A DNA stretch of 64,000 bases, from the NCBI GenBank assembly GCA_963924565.1, contig OZ004607.1, positions 7,502,001 to 7,566,000 on the forward strand, written 5' to 3'. Positions 1 through 13,380 of the stretch are shown here, piece after piece. Positions within the stretch are counted from its first letter, which is position 1, and every line of letters starts with the position of its first letter. The position numbers were made by a program, and so were the translations under genes. The notes below the pieces were generated by a model, which had not been told where the DNA came from, did no database searches, and worked only from the letters and a program-made list of their open reading frames with translations. The stretch comes from Ascidiella aspersa (lineage: Eukaryota).

Positions 1-46
1 AAATGCACGGTCAAATGATTTAAGCAAAATAAAGTAATAACGCAAC

Positions 47-520
47 CAGGGCTTTGGAGCCAGAGCCGGAGCGTGGAGCCGTACATTTTTAACGGAGCCG
101 GAGCTGGAGCCGGAGCTCTACGTGAAATTTAAATGGAGCTGGAGCAGGAGTTGGAGCCAGTTGTCTAAAAAATAGCTCCGGCTCCGATGTATTTCATAAG
201 ATGCAATGCTTCCAGCCTTCCACTAAAAGCTGAATTCACATAATTTAACAGCAACTCTTCACAAAATTAGGAATTGTTGCCTCTTTGGCGCACCTTTTCT
301 AACTAACCATTGTGGTGTTACGTTAGTGAATATTTTCAAACGCTAGATATTGCAAATTAAGCGTTCAGCCTTAAGCCTCAGTTTTTGACGTAATGGAGCC
401 GGAGCAGTGGTATCAATAAGCTTCGGAGCTGGAGCTGGAGCTGGAGCTAACCTATGATAAAAGAGAGCTCCGGAGCTGGAGCCGGAGCCGTTTAACATTT
501 ACGACTGCTCCAAAGCCCTG
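47..520. mobile_element. MITE-like non-autonomous DNA transposon with GGAGCY hexamer arrays
   Basis: Perfect 14-bp TIR CAGGGCTTTGGAGC / GCTCCAAAGCCCTG; imperfect 8-bp flanks AACGCAAC / AACACAAG. Confidence 0.8.
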
Positions 521-1140
521 AACACAAGCTTGCTGTGACCTGCTACACAACCCACTTGGAAATGTCGAAAATTATCTAGTGGCTTTTACAAACGACAGGT
601 ACAAAAAAATACGAGTGAAAGACTTGCCATTTCGAGTTACAACGGCGAGCCAACCAGACTGTGTAATACATTTTTTTTCACACAATACTCAAAACAACCG
701 ATCACTGTCGTAATGACCTGACTTAAGTGCATCTAAGTCAGTATTTTGAAATGACTTGGCTTGACTTAAGGAATTCGGGTAAAATTACTTAACTTGACTT
801 TTTTGGACAAAGTACTTGTAATGTTAATCACACAGTGATGTAAGTTTTTGATCGGTAAGATATCTTATTTACTTGCGGGATATATTACACGATAAACATG
901 AGCGTGTTCCTTTGGTTGTGTCATTGGGGGCGAGACTAACAATAGCTTGTAATGTTTAATGGCTATTTTTAAAATGCCATTTGTAATGGTAAAAAACGGC
1001 TTAACCCGAAAAGAAAATATAAGTTAGGGAGACACTGAGTTAACTAAACACGCTACCAATTACCATATACGTGTACACATCTATCAGCCCACCTGGAATG
1101 CTTGTGTCTTAACACAAAACGTAATAGAACATTTTCGAAC

Positions 1141-4100
1141 CTTCTTAAGCTGTTCGATGAAGGTCGGGTAAACCTGTGCCATGAACTTCGAATGAAACGC
1201 GATCCCGCCCGTGTTCACCAGCTTCGCGAACACGCCGCGCTCCTTCAGTGACGTCACAAACTCCTGCACCTCCAGCGCCTCCCCCGAGATGGTCACAGAG
1301 TCGCTCGAGTTGTGGCACGCAGGGGCGACACCTGGTGGACACTGATTGAGGCATTCTTCCCAAGAAAGACCTGTAATAATTTTGTAAAAAATACAGAAAT
1401 TGTGCTAAGCATGTGTCTAATGTACTGTATAATTATTGCTCGAAATGAAGGCTAAAATTCGAAAATGAAACATCACACTAACTTTTTTTTTGACTTGGTT
1501 ATTAGTGAACCACATTTTTAATATAAATAGCAAAACAATTCATATAACGTTAACTTTAATGAGTATCGTCAGCGATCTACTTTCGGAAATAGTTTACTAT
1601 TTGTCAGTTTGGAATGAATGCCATAATATCAATAAAAATATATAAGACAGAACCTCAAAATAAAATTGTGGTGAATTAATAAAATAATTTTTTTTTACTA
1701 GCTATTGTATTGTTTAAATCAGAGATCTGCAAGATCTATTCTTGCTGTCAAACTATAGGTTGATAAACGAACCGAGAGAATTAACGATACTTGGAACAGC
1801 GATAAATGTGAATTGGCCAGTGTTTTTGTCTAGTGCCGTTTTTTTTTTTTAATAATTGAGGACCATATCAGTAGTCATATATACTAATGAAACCTGCTCC
1901 CACGTGTGTGTTAAGAACTGTGCTATATACCTTCTGAATCTAGACCTTTTCTTTATATATACTATTAACATTTTATTACTACGAAAACTCAGTATTAAGA
2001 ATTGGCTCCAGCTCTAACTTGTATGTCAACAAAATTAGACCATAGTGGACCTCTTGAAATTTCCTCATAGAGGTCCCAGAACCCAATTTGAAAAGCGCAC
2101 TTTACTAAGCTGTATTCAAATTTCGTAGTGGCGCAAAATCTTACCGACAGCTGCCATTGCTCCGTTAGGCAGACTAGCTTCCTTAATGCATTTCCCGCGC
2201 AAGTAGGCTGCCTTTAGTGTTTGCTCGAGAGTCAAGCAGCCGTCCGCGTAGCTGCAAGCCAGCTCACCCACCGAATGACCGATGATGCCCGACGGCTTCA
2301 CGCCAACCGACGAGAGAACGTCAATTAGGCCCACCTGAGGACAATAGAGAGTCTTTTTAACTAATAAATATTCACTGGCGTTTCTAGCAGTGTAATTTGG
2401 GCGGTAGTTGGGCAAATATTGAATTCAAATGCAAAAAATACAATTTTTTTTAGTAAGTTTTAGCTAACAATTTAAATAATGTTAAGTGTTTTTTGAATCA
2501 GCTTTCCAAATTTGACTCTAAATTTATTAATTAAATGATTCAAATAAACCTCTACCAGACCTGTACGGCCGCCAATCCGACAAATGCGTTGATGGAATCT
2601 TCATACGTGACGTCACCAGCTGTTAAGAGCATCTGACGTACGTTGACGTCATAACAGCGCAACGCGTCATTGCATCTGTCGATCGCTTTCGAGAAAATCG
2701 GGACACGAAGGAGATCGACTCCCATGCCTTTCCACTGGCATCCCATACCTGGTAAATGTAACGTGAAACACATGATTAAATCTAAATAAACTGTGCCATC
2801 TCCGGCAAAGCATATCGAAATCAGTTAGCCTGACCAGGATTATAGTGCAGCAAGACCAGGCTGAAAAAAACGACTAGCCTGCGGTGAGGTTCGAACTCAT
2901 GACCTCCGGTCAACAATAAATGTGTTTACTTCATTTACATGATTAGGGTAGAAATTTCAAGAGCGTAATTTACAGTCAGCAACTTTAGCTAAACGTGGCT
3001 AAGAGGAAAAATACCTAAGCTTTGTCTTGGTGGGCATAATAATAGTTTAGTTATACATCTCTGATACATGGATGCAAACAATGCATATTTTCATATTTAT
3101 TGACAAAAACATGATTGACAAAACACGATTTGGAAGCATAATTTATCGAAAAATATATCTTACATTTTTGCCGAAAGAAACTGAGCTATAATAGTAAAAG
3201 ACATACAAAGCCTATGTGCTATTGTCAGATAAACAATTAATACGGTTTACAATACTGTAAGATGTGTCCGCTGCACAATTAAAACAGACAAAAATAAAAT
3301 ACCGGAGCATATAAACCAGACGTCGGAACCGGCTCCCGCTTTGTATTGTTCGCTCACACGCACGTCACTGTCCTTCGTTGTGACGACATAACCGCGATGC
3401 GGATGCAGCAAGGGGGGAATGTCCCAGAGACCAGGTGACGTCAGGCTGTTTGCATTTTGCAGTTTTTCTGCAAGCAATTTTGAGCTTAGAAAAACTTGAA
3501 GAAGCGTACCACTGGCAATATATAAGTCCCATCAAACGAGGCGATGTTATAACTGTTGCTGTCAGGAAAATTATTAATCACAGATGGCACTCTGACGAAC
3601 GCCAATTGTGTAGGTCAGAGGTTCCCAAACATTTTGTTGACGACGCCCTTTGAAAATTTATGAAAACTTGCGGCGCCGTAATGTATTCAAAATTTCAAGT
3701 TTCAAGCTATATTAAAATTGGTATTATCAAATCATGCTTCTTTAAAATGTAAAATACTGAAAGAATTTAAAAAGTTGACATAGGTTGAAAAACAATGTAA
3801 TAGATGGCTCGGAGAAATCTCCTCGTGAACTTCGTGAAACCGCTGTTTTTAAATTTAAAAATGGTGCTGGTTTGCTTCGCTTATGTTTGTTAAAATTATC
3901 GCCTTCTGTAAAATAACGCGAAACTGTCCGACATGAGCGCACCGCTATTTACCTTCGAGGCCTTTTTCTGTCCTTGCCGTGAAGAGTTGAAGTCTCGGGG
4001 TATCTCCCGTCATAACGGGACGCATTACGTCACGATTCTCGTGCTCACTGGAGCGTAGAATGACGTGTACGTTGCTCCCGCCGAATCCGAAGGAGTTGAT

Positions 4101-7100
4101 TCCGACCAGTGCGTTGGCTGGCAGACTTGTGGCCTCCGTTACAACTTTCAGGCGTCCTTCTGTGAGACCTATATGCAACAAATAACCGATAAGTTCCAGA
4201 GCAGTGGATCTTGTGTAGGATCTTAACAATTTGTGTCACTCTGTCAATTGTATTTCTTTCTTTCACGTACATTTTCCCATTTTGTAGGACCCCGCCCTCG
4301 TTGTATTTCTTATTCGTTTATTTGCCAGTTTAATTATTTGTTTCCGTTTATGGCCCCTACTCGCCCTGTATATCGCCAACTGTTTTCCTTTCTTCGTTTC
4401 AATTACTGATTCGAATAAACCAACGTACTTACGTTTCGGAAAAACACACGACGAAACCTCTCAATGAAGTTTTTAAAGTCATATTGAAAACCACAAACTT
4501 GAGAATATCTAAAAAAAATTTAAAATATTGCATGCTCGTGGCTCCACAGGAAGGCAAGGGTTACGGTTTGTAATAGGAATTGTGTTGTTTTTTCAGAAAA
4601 GAAATTAATACGTAGTTACTTACCGAGTACTAGCTTACTGATTATCACAGCGCAAGCGGCTCTTTTTTAATTTATGGTTGCTCTTGGAAGGAGCCATGAG
4701 TTTAAAACTAATAGATAAAGATTTTAGCAACGTTTACAATTTGTATTTTACTAGAGTGTGTAGCGTTGTTAAATGCTCGTTTGAGTCCCAGTACCAGGGT
4801 AACTTTTTTTAAACAACAATGACGTACATCACAGAATATAGTTGAGTTAACATAAAAGGCATAGATAAGGTTAATTGGAAACAACTGAATGTTCAGGCAT
4901 TCGATTAGGTTTATTTTATTCATTTTCTCTGTATCAAGTTGGAACATTCTCTGTCCGCAAGGGTAAAGCACATAAGGCATCGTTTTATTAAGGGTGAAGC
5001 ACGCCGACTGTACGGTGGACGCCTAAAGGCCGATGACCTTATTAAAAGCCTGTAATAGTTTATAGAATATTTCCCTGTACACACATTTACATCAATCTTG
5101 CAAGGTTGGCCAATCAAGGATTCCTAGAAATGGCGCCTTTGTTCGGCAAACAATATGTTTACGGTAAAGTCATCTATGCGACGCTCTACGGTACATTAGG
5201 TCGACCCATAGGTTTACGGGAAAGGCGTCTCAGCCTTTGTCTAGCTTTGTATGGCAATTTTAATTCCGATAATCACATTGACAGCACCCTAATCAGCAGC
5301 TTATAATGCAACCTTCAAAAAGAGATAAAAAACAAAGGCATATGCTGGATAAAGGCAAAAAACAACAAACAGCGGGTTGATTTAAAGTTCACTGTATATC
5401 GCGACCGTTTACTATAAAGTTGATGGGACAACTGTTACGTGTGTACAATGCGAGATATTCGACCATGAGATGTCGGGTTTAAACTAGGTCAAACCAACTA
5501 CCAATAAGACAGGCCTGCACAACACGTTTCGGCCAACGATGTAATACTTTCGGTTTATTACTTGTTTGTACTTGCTTGAATTCCCTGATCACCCATAATT
5601 TTTGTAATGTTTAGCAAAAACAACAATATGCATAGTTAAGCCAAGCGTCAGTTGAATTGATTGATAGCGGGAAATAATAATTTAAAGGTTGCCTAATCAA
5701 GGAGTGCTGGGCAAACTTTTCATGTCGCTAGTCGTATTTTGAATTCAGCACTTTTATTAACGTGTGGAGAATTGTGATGGATAATATGAAGTTTTCACAA
5801 ACTGCGCTTTGAAACCAATTGTAACATCAAAATATTATTCTGGTTTACGTATTTAAAGAAGACACTGCAATGGTACAACACAGAGGATAAACCAGGTTTA
5901 TACGGGGCCATACATAAACAATAAAAATGAGATTTCCTAACATAATGACTGAAACACGAGCTTTGTTTTCATTTTTTTGTAACTCGGCTACAGCAATTTG
6001 CCTATTATAGGCACGTTATAATGGTTAGTTATATTAAGTTCACTATGCGGTCTGCCGATTTTGTTTTTGTTTGTTGCGGCCTTTGTACCATTTCTAAATG
6101 TACAGGCCCGATCTAAGGTAATACTGAAACCTACAAATAAGTCCGAATGTATTTGAATTAGAAGTAGTTCTAAATTGAATCGCGAGCCGCAGACAAAGGT
6201 TGCGTATAATACGTTATGCGGGTCTGTTTGTTTTTTGGCATTATGTTAGTACATACCTGGAATGTCAGGGTTTGGCTCCTCGAAGTGCAGATTGGGGGGC
6301 AGGGTGCCGGACTTGACGGCCAACGCGCACTTGACCACAGCGCAGAGACCACTGGCCGGCTCGCTGTGACCCATGTTGGACTTGACCGAGCCGATGAGTA
6401 GGGGACTTTCCCGGTTTGCGCACATTACCTCGTCTATGGCGCCCAGCTCTTGGGGATCTCCCGCCTTTGAGAGAGCACACAAAAGGTTCGCAGTTAAAAG
6501 GCGAGAATATTTGATATAGGTTGTGAATCGTATTATTTTTCTGTAATTCGTTTATTTATTTGAATCAATCGGACCATCTATATAGGGACGGCGCATATAA
6601 ATCATAATTAGCCAGCGAGGGGTACCTAAACCTGAGGTGGACCTGGGTCTCGGGAAACGCTCATTGCTTTAGCAAGACCACATTTTTATGGGGCATAAAA
6701 TAGAAAGCTTGTTACTTAAAAATTTCCCTTATTTTAAAACTCCTGCCCCCACAAACTCAATTTTCGCTCTTTATTGGCTTTAAGCAGCTTATAGTGGCAA
6801 CACGTTATTTAACTTTGGTTAAGTCGTTGAAAACATCCGTTTATATGGTTAACAAGATGCGTTCACCTTGGTGCCGGTGCCGTGGGCTTCCACGTAATCC
6901 AGGAGTTGCGGGTTCAAACCGCACTCTGCGTAGGTCTCTCGCAGCAGCAGACTTTGTTGGTAACCTGGAATAAGTTTAACAAATAAAAGAGAGTTTAATA
7001 ATAATTTGTAACGTTGTTGTATTTTTTATTTTATTTTTTGAATAGAAAGATAACTCAACAATACCAAGTTTGTGACGGTTAGATTACCTGAAGGAAAAGT

Positions 7101-10100
7101 GATTCCCTCTTTCTTCCGCCCATCCGTGTTGGTCTTGGCGTGAACGACGTCACAGTAACTTTGTGACGTCATTCCTTTCTTGCAAATGAAAATGGCGGCC
7201 ACGGCTTCGGATCTAGCGTACCTTGATACAAAAATTTACATTTTAAAAGCGCTTAAAAACTATTAGTCATAAATCATAATTTAATTCAGTTCTTTAAAAA
7301 ATAATGTGTCTTGAAAATTCAAAAACGTACAACTAATTTTTGTTCTCATGTGCGCCTTTAATCCCATCAACTATTTATTGGCTTGCTAAAAATGTGGTCG
7401 TTTTGACCTATTGCCCAGTATAGTAATGGTTCAAAAAACGTCGCGACTGCTTTTTATCGAGAGCACCGCAAGCTGGAAACGTATGGGAGAACCATTGGTT
7501 AAAATAAATAATGGAAACAAAGCATGTTGAATGTAAGCAAACTTGAAGGGTCATGAAAAAATGCGTATTAACTGTACCACGCTAATTCAGAGAAGAGTTG
7601 ACAGCCACACAAATTGTTTGAGATAGGAGAGCGCAAAAGGCCTTGAAAGCCGGCTGTGTTTGTCAAATGTAATGTAACTTTTTCGTCCGAAACGTTATCT
7701 CCTGTTTGCCGGCCAACTAAACATGTTCTTGTTGTTACGATGTGTTAACCTGTGCGTCCAGGGGTTATATGCGGTTATTTTTAGTTGCCTTTGAATAAAG
7801 CTGATCGGGCAATGGTAAACATAAACTGGTGGAACTCCCAAATAATTGAAGTTTGCACGTTGGCACTTCAGTCGCGTTGTTTAACAATTGCTACGAACAA
7901 TGGAGCATAATGGTTGGAGGTTGTAGTAAGACGTAATAAGAATATCAAAGCCCATACAGAAGCAGGTATCATTTTGAACGTTTCGAATAACTCTTTATTC
8001 ATTTTCAACATCGATGTTGAAAATGAATAAAGAGTTATTCGAAACGTTCAAAATGATACCTGCTTCTGTATGGGCTTTGATATTCTTATTACGTCGTGCT
8101 ACGAACAATGTTTTTAGAATCATAAAAATACTAATAGCCATTTGGCGACGTCAATATTCTTTTGTGGAACGTTCTTAGGTTAATTAAAGTTTGCGTTAGT
8201 ATGTGCTGATTGATTTCCAAACTTTATTATTTGTGTTCCATTCGGAGTTTTCATGCAATATTCGCGTAACCTATATATCCAGAAAAATGAAAATATAATA
8301 TTAAAAGTATTTTTTTTCTAATTTGGCAAATTTTAAAGTTTATAGCCTTTAGACCAGGGGTACTTAATCGGGGTCCATGGACCCCTTGGGAATCCGTGAA
8401 CTAGTTTTAGGCGGTCCAATGCCTAATTGAAATGTTATTGTATATTTAAGAAGCAATCAACTTTTTAAAGAAAAGAGTTTTTGGACCGGAATAAGGGGAT
8501 TTCTAAAGTCTATTTGTATTGTCAACACGCCACCTAATAAATCGCATTGAATTCTGAAAGGTCAAAATTCGCCACAAAACCTAATCACAATGTTAAATAA
8601 CACAAAAAATAACAACATCACAACTAACCCGTTGCCCGAAGCGTCGAAGGACTTGCACGCCCCATCCGGCGAGAGCATGTTGAGGCGCTGGAACTGCAGC
8701 GAGCACTGAGGCTTCAGCAGCAGGTTGGAGCCGCCCACAATAGCCGCGTCACAGTGTCCCTCCCGGATCGACTGGCAAGCCATCTGGAGCGCCAGGAGGC
8801 TAGACGAACACGCCGTGTCAACCGACATGCTCGGACCTTCGAGTAATTTGTTGGGTTGGTTATGAAAAGTTTAACAAACAATATGACCTCGTGCGAAAAT
8901 TACACAAACTGCTTTATGCAAACTATATAAAATACTCGGCGTTGCCCAGACGCCGTGTGTCCACCGACATGCTCGGACCTTTCAAAGATTCAAGACTCAA
9001 TTTATTTTTCTGCTTTGCAAACAATTTAAAAAAGAGCATAAGGAATAACACAAGGACAGCGAACGGACCTAAGTTACGGTCATCAAGTCGAGCCGCCATT
9101 TCAAAGGCATTTGTATCGTTAAGTGTTTATAAAGGATACGTTTGGAATCGTTATAATAGTTCGAGGGGGTCGCGATTATAAAACCCAGGTATAGGGTATG
9201 TTTGTAGGGACATTTGAGTTATGAAACTATGTATGCTCGGACCTTGCAAGGGCATTTTTATCGTTAAGTGCTGCGTACAGGAGGGATACGACTTAAAGCG
9301 TTATAATAGTTCGAGGTGGTCGTGATTATAAAATTTGGGTATAGGGTAAGTTTGTAGGGACAATATAGAGTTATGAAACTATATATTGGTTAGTGTTAAA
9401 GTTACCTTATAGGAATTAACTACCATTTTTTTAGTTTCGTAGGAAAAATAAAAGGAATGTCATTTCAAGCTATAGAGTGCTTATTTTTCATAAAAATTAA
9501 TTCAAGTTACAATCGTCGATCTTTTGGAAGCCTTGGGCAACATTGTGTATGCTTGAAATTCGTTTTTAACCGTTACAGTTACAGCATTATTAAATTCGTG
9601 GAAACGTTAAACAGTCTTTCCTTCCCCCTATATTCCCAGATAATTTTTATGCTATGCGAGATGCATATGAAAAATTTAACATACAAATTAAACTAGCGAA
9701 TTTTGGCTTCGCTAACATTAAATGTAGCATTAGCGTGCAAAAAATAAACGCGGGTCGCTGGCTAATAGGTTGTAAGCGATCATATAAAACCGAAAACGAC
9801 CACTCTGGCTCGGATCCGATCGCAAAATTGGCTTTAATACGGTTTGGTTAAAGCCAGACGATATATGTCGTCGCATACGTGACGCCAAAACGTGAATACA
9901 ACTGAAATGTGAATACAAATGACATTTTCCAGTGGTCTGATTTTACGCTAGGCCGCCCTGCGTGAAACAGCTGACATTACGTCACTGTGGTTAGACCAGT
10001 CACGTGATTATCTCGCAACTTCTGTCACGCGAAATGTATTTTAAGTTAAACCCTATATTGATGACAAACATTGGCCGAGGCCTTGCTTCCCTTGGTTTTT

Positions 10101-13100
10101 GTTTTATGTATAAATTATACCACAATTACTAAAACACAACCACGCATATAAGAAGGTTTTAGACTAAGCGAGTACACTCGAACGAGACTTGAAATATCAG
10201 AACAAGCTAAATGCCTCCCAACCTAAAAGCATCTTGTGTTTTTTTGCAAATTGTCGTTAAAAGTAAATATGCCCTAAACCTATCTAGCCTTATATGATGC
10301 TTAGCAATTGACCATTGTTTCTTGTCTTCGCCTATTATTTTTCAACAAAAAAGTGTATTGTGTTTACATACAGATTAAATTTTCCTTCGTTTAATTGATT
10401 AATATAGGCGCAAAGTAATTGCTTGTTTTTGCAAACCGCAAATTGCGGTGAATGTACTGTCCTACGAAGTATTTTACCGTAACACCAAGATGTACCTGTG
10501 ATAAAGATACAAGCCTAGTATCGGACGAATACCAATACTAACATTTTGCATCGGGTATCGGCTCAGAACCATTATTATAGGACAACCCTAACCCAAACTA
10601 TAGACGGGGATTAGACCTTCCTATGGGATGAACACCATCGACCTCATTGAAAAGCTACCGCAAGCAAGATACCTTTGAGGTCGTAAAAGTAGCTGAGTCT
10701 GTTAGCAAACATCGAAGTGGTACAACCGGTCATGCCGTAGCCTTCCAATGTCTCAGGATCGCTGGACAGAACCTCTCTCGATTCAGAACCGCTTACTCCA
10801 ACCCATACTCCAGTTCGACTGCCCGCCAACTTGCTGGGGCTTATGCCTGCGTTTACAGTGCGAAGATTATGTTGCTAGTTGTGGTTACAAACTTGGCTAT
10901 TATGTTGCTAGTTGTGGTTACAAAAGTACGACAAATAAACACTAAACAACTTCAAAACTGTTGAACAACGTAATAGGATTTGGCAGTGTTGTAATGACTT
11001 AGGTCAATGACTATACTTTTAGTGAACTTCAGTCACTGTTCTCAAATGACTTGACTTAATTTCAGCCTTTAGGATAAAGGGCTGACTTGACTTTAGTCTT
11101 TTCGACAAAGACTTGGGTTGAAATGAAGTGTTTACATTAACCTTTTTTATATAAAATCTGTTGTCTATCTTACATTTTGGACATAAAACAATTTGCTTGC
11201 TATAGGTTGCGTTTTTTTTTCAGTTTGGTTATTATCAGGTTAAGTAGTTTAACGTTAATTTTTAAGACACAGACTTGACTTGGAATTGACTTGCTCTTAT
11301 TATGTACTTTACGTGACTTGACTGGGACTTAATTAATTTAAAAACGACTTGTTTACAACAACACTGGGATTTGGTGCATTTTGAATAAGATTATGTTTCA
11401 AGAAATTAAAGAAAAAAGGTGGTGTTTAATGACAGTACTTGAATATATGTGTATACTATCTGTAAGTAAATAAGGTTTGCTTTCTTGTTTCCATTTTTGC
11501 TTTACCTGCATCTACAATTGCTTCGAAGGAAACTTCTAGAAGCAGTCTCAGCTGCGGGTCCATGTTGTTTGCTTGCTTCGGGTGAACTTCAAAGAACGAA
11601 GCATCGAACTTGTCCAGCTGCTTCAGTTTTCCATTTCGCTTCGGAAGGCCCCATAACCCTTTAATACGAAGCATTAGGCTCCCCGTAAGGCAATTGTCTC
11701 AAAATTAAGAGATAAAAAATGATAAAAAATATCAGATAAAAAAAATTGAGATAAAAATATCTGTATTGTACCTACTCTGTTTTAAATCAACAATTGGCGA
11801 ATCGCAAGACAAGACAGATAACGAAGTGACACAAAATGTGTATTATGGCGGAGATTGTTAATTTTAGAGACTGTTTTCTGCTGGTTTTTAATGCAGGCTA
11901 TAACAGGTTGGATTTATATTTTTGTCAAATTAAACGTTACACAAATATTTAAACCATCGCAATTTGGGAAATGTTATGGAATAACGTTTTAAACTGTTTT
12001 AAAAAGGTTGTGTCGTGATTTTCTTATTCCAAAATATTTGAAATCGTAAGTGTAACTATATGTTTTTATGTACGAAAATTGCGTCAATAACTTAAATGTT
12101 GTCGCAAACTTAAATTTATTTGCTTTAGTTGCAATTTCAAACATTTTCCAGCTGGGATTTGCCATGAATGACCCATTGTCCGTAACAGGCGCGCAATGCG
12201 ATTTTGCCAGCTGGGTTACGATAAATGGACTCACAAAAAAGGTAAAACAGAAATGACTACCATCTGTACTGCGCAGTTTGTGGTAACTGTTTCAATGACA
12301 AACTAATCAAACCGTACATTATGTTTTAGTTGCGTTATTGGCTACCATACCACGCCACGTTAAGAACTCGTACTTTGCATAGACGGTCAAACTATAAAAA
12401 AACGAGTTGGCGGCGTAATGGCACGTGAACAACATTACGTGACAGCCAAAGCCGAACTACCAATAAGCACAGCAGCAAAGCCGTCTGGGTGTGGTATAGT
12501 TTTTCACGTGAGAATGGTAAAACATCACTCCCAACATTAAGTTCACTATAATGCAACAAAACGTTTGTCAATTCGAATGGTCTACAGTAGGCCTACTTGT
12601 TATTATGACCAGTCAAAAATGATTTAAAAATGTATTACATACTGAAACAGGTCTGATAGTAATAACTAAACTAAAAAAAAAATACGCGCGATCTAGAATC
12701 TTACTACTTTTTTACAGTAACGAAACAGGTTGTCAAAAATGAAATTGCAAGGAAGACATAAATAATAGGAGAATAAATATAATAACAATACATGACCCAC
12801 CCGAAACCAAAGGCTAACTCTACCCAAATAATGTCAGCAAAATAACCCCCCGGACGAAAATGTGGTAGAATTCTAGGACAGTCCCAAAAAATTAACTGTT
12901 ATTTTGTATAACAAGTAGTTTAACCAATGAACAAATCGCATTAGCTATATGGATTTACCGAAATTCTAAGCTGCGCTATTTGCTTAGGTAGGTTTTAAGC
13001 AAGCTAACTACCAGAGACAAAACAACAAAAATTGTCAAATAAGAAAAAAATAAAATGGGACTTTCTTACTTACAAAAAAACGTAAAATTACACTTTACCT

Positions 13101-13228
13101 GGTTTCCAACGTCTGCTGTCTTCTGTGACTAAATCTTTTCCCGACAGAAGGTTTTGCCAAAATTCTTCAACGTTTTCCGACTCCGGAAAGCGACCGGCCA
13201 AACCTGATAGGCATATAATTTCATCCAT
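1141..13228 (-). CDS. Type I FAS-like megasynthase copy A, 5' part (KS and most of AT); gene continues beyond the left edge
   Basis: Twelve GT-AG exons: 13228-13099, 11658-11506, 10846-10673, 8836-8629, 7221-7088, 6964-6867, 6464-6257, 4168-3953, 3467-3303, 2748-2561, 2334-2145, 1370-1141. Lengths and phases match copy B except for 6 extra nt in exon 8. Motifs: [34 protein letters not shown] (KS); GMGCQW, GHSVG, AFHS (AT). Confidence 0.93.
7903..8096. repeat. Insertion containing a perfect 166-bp palindrome (7930-8095), flanked by a 14-bp direct repeat
   Basis: Two 83-bp arms with no spacer, centred on ATCGAT at 8012/8013. TGCTACGAACAATG at 7889-7902 and 8097-8110. Absent at the paralogous site near 26195. 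Confidence 0.9.
10984..11366. mobile_element. hAT-like MITE with GACTT subterminal repeats
   Basis: TIR CAGTGTTGTAA / TTACAAC(AAC)ACTG with perfect 8-bp TSD GGATTTGG. Empty site in copy B intron 2 (~22700). Relatives at ~704-830, 39515-40382 and ~42950-43314. Confidence 0.85.
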
Positions 13229-13380
13229 TTTTTTAACAAAACCAATTTTAACGTTCCCTCGAACGTTGAGATGGCAAATGTGAATCGATTTTGGGAACTT
13301 AGCCTGTTATATTCACGAACGTGGTGCGATCTTGCGCCGACCGGCATGACGTCGCAATCGGGTTACTCCCGGTCAAACGT
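13229..13380 (-). promoter_or_regulatory. Conserved proximal promoter / 5' leader of copy A
   Basis: Nearly identical in inverted orientation to 21110-21262, while introns have diverged. Contains a CRE-like GACGTCAT, SRE-like ATCGCACCAC (13321-13330, minus) and AATATAA. Confidence 0.55.

Noticed and set aside
47-520. Gly/Ala/Pro-rich coding repeat or CRISPR-like array
   Set aside because: Hexamer arrays bounded by TIRs inside an intron; no spacers, no cas genes, eukaryotic context.
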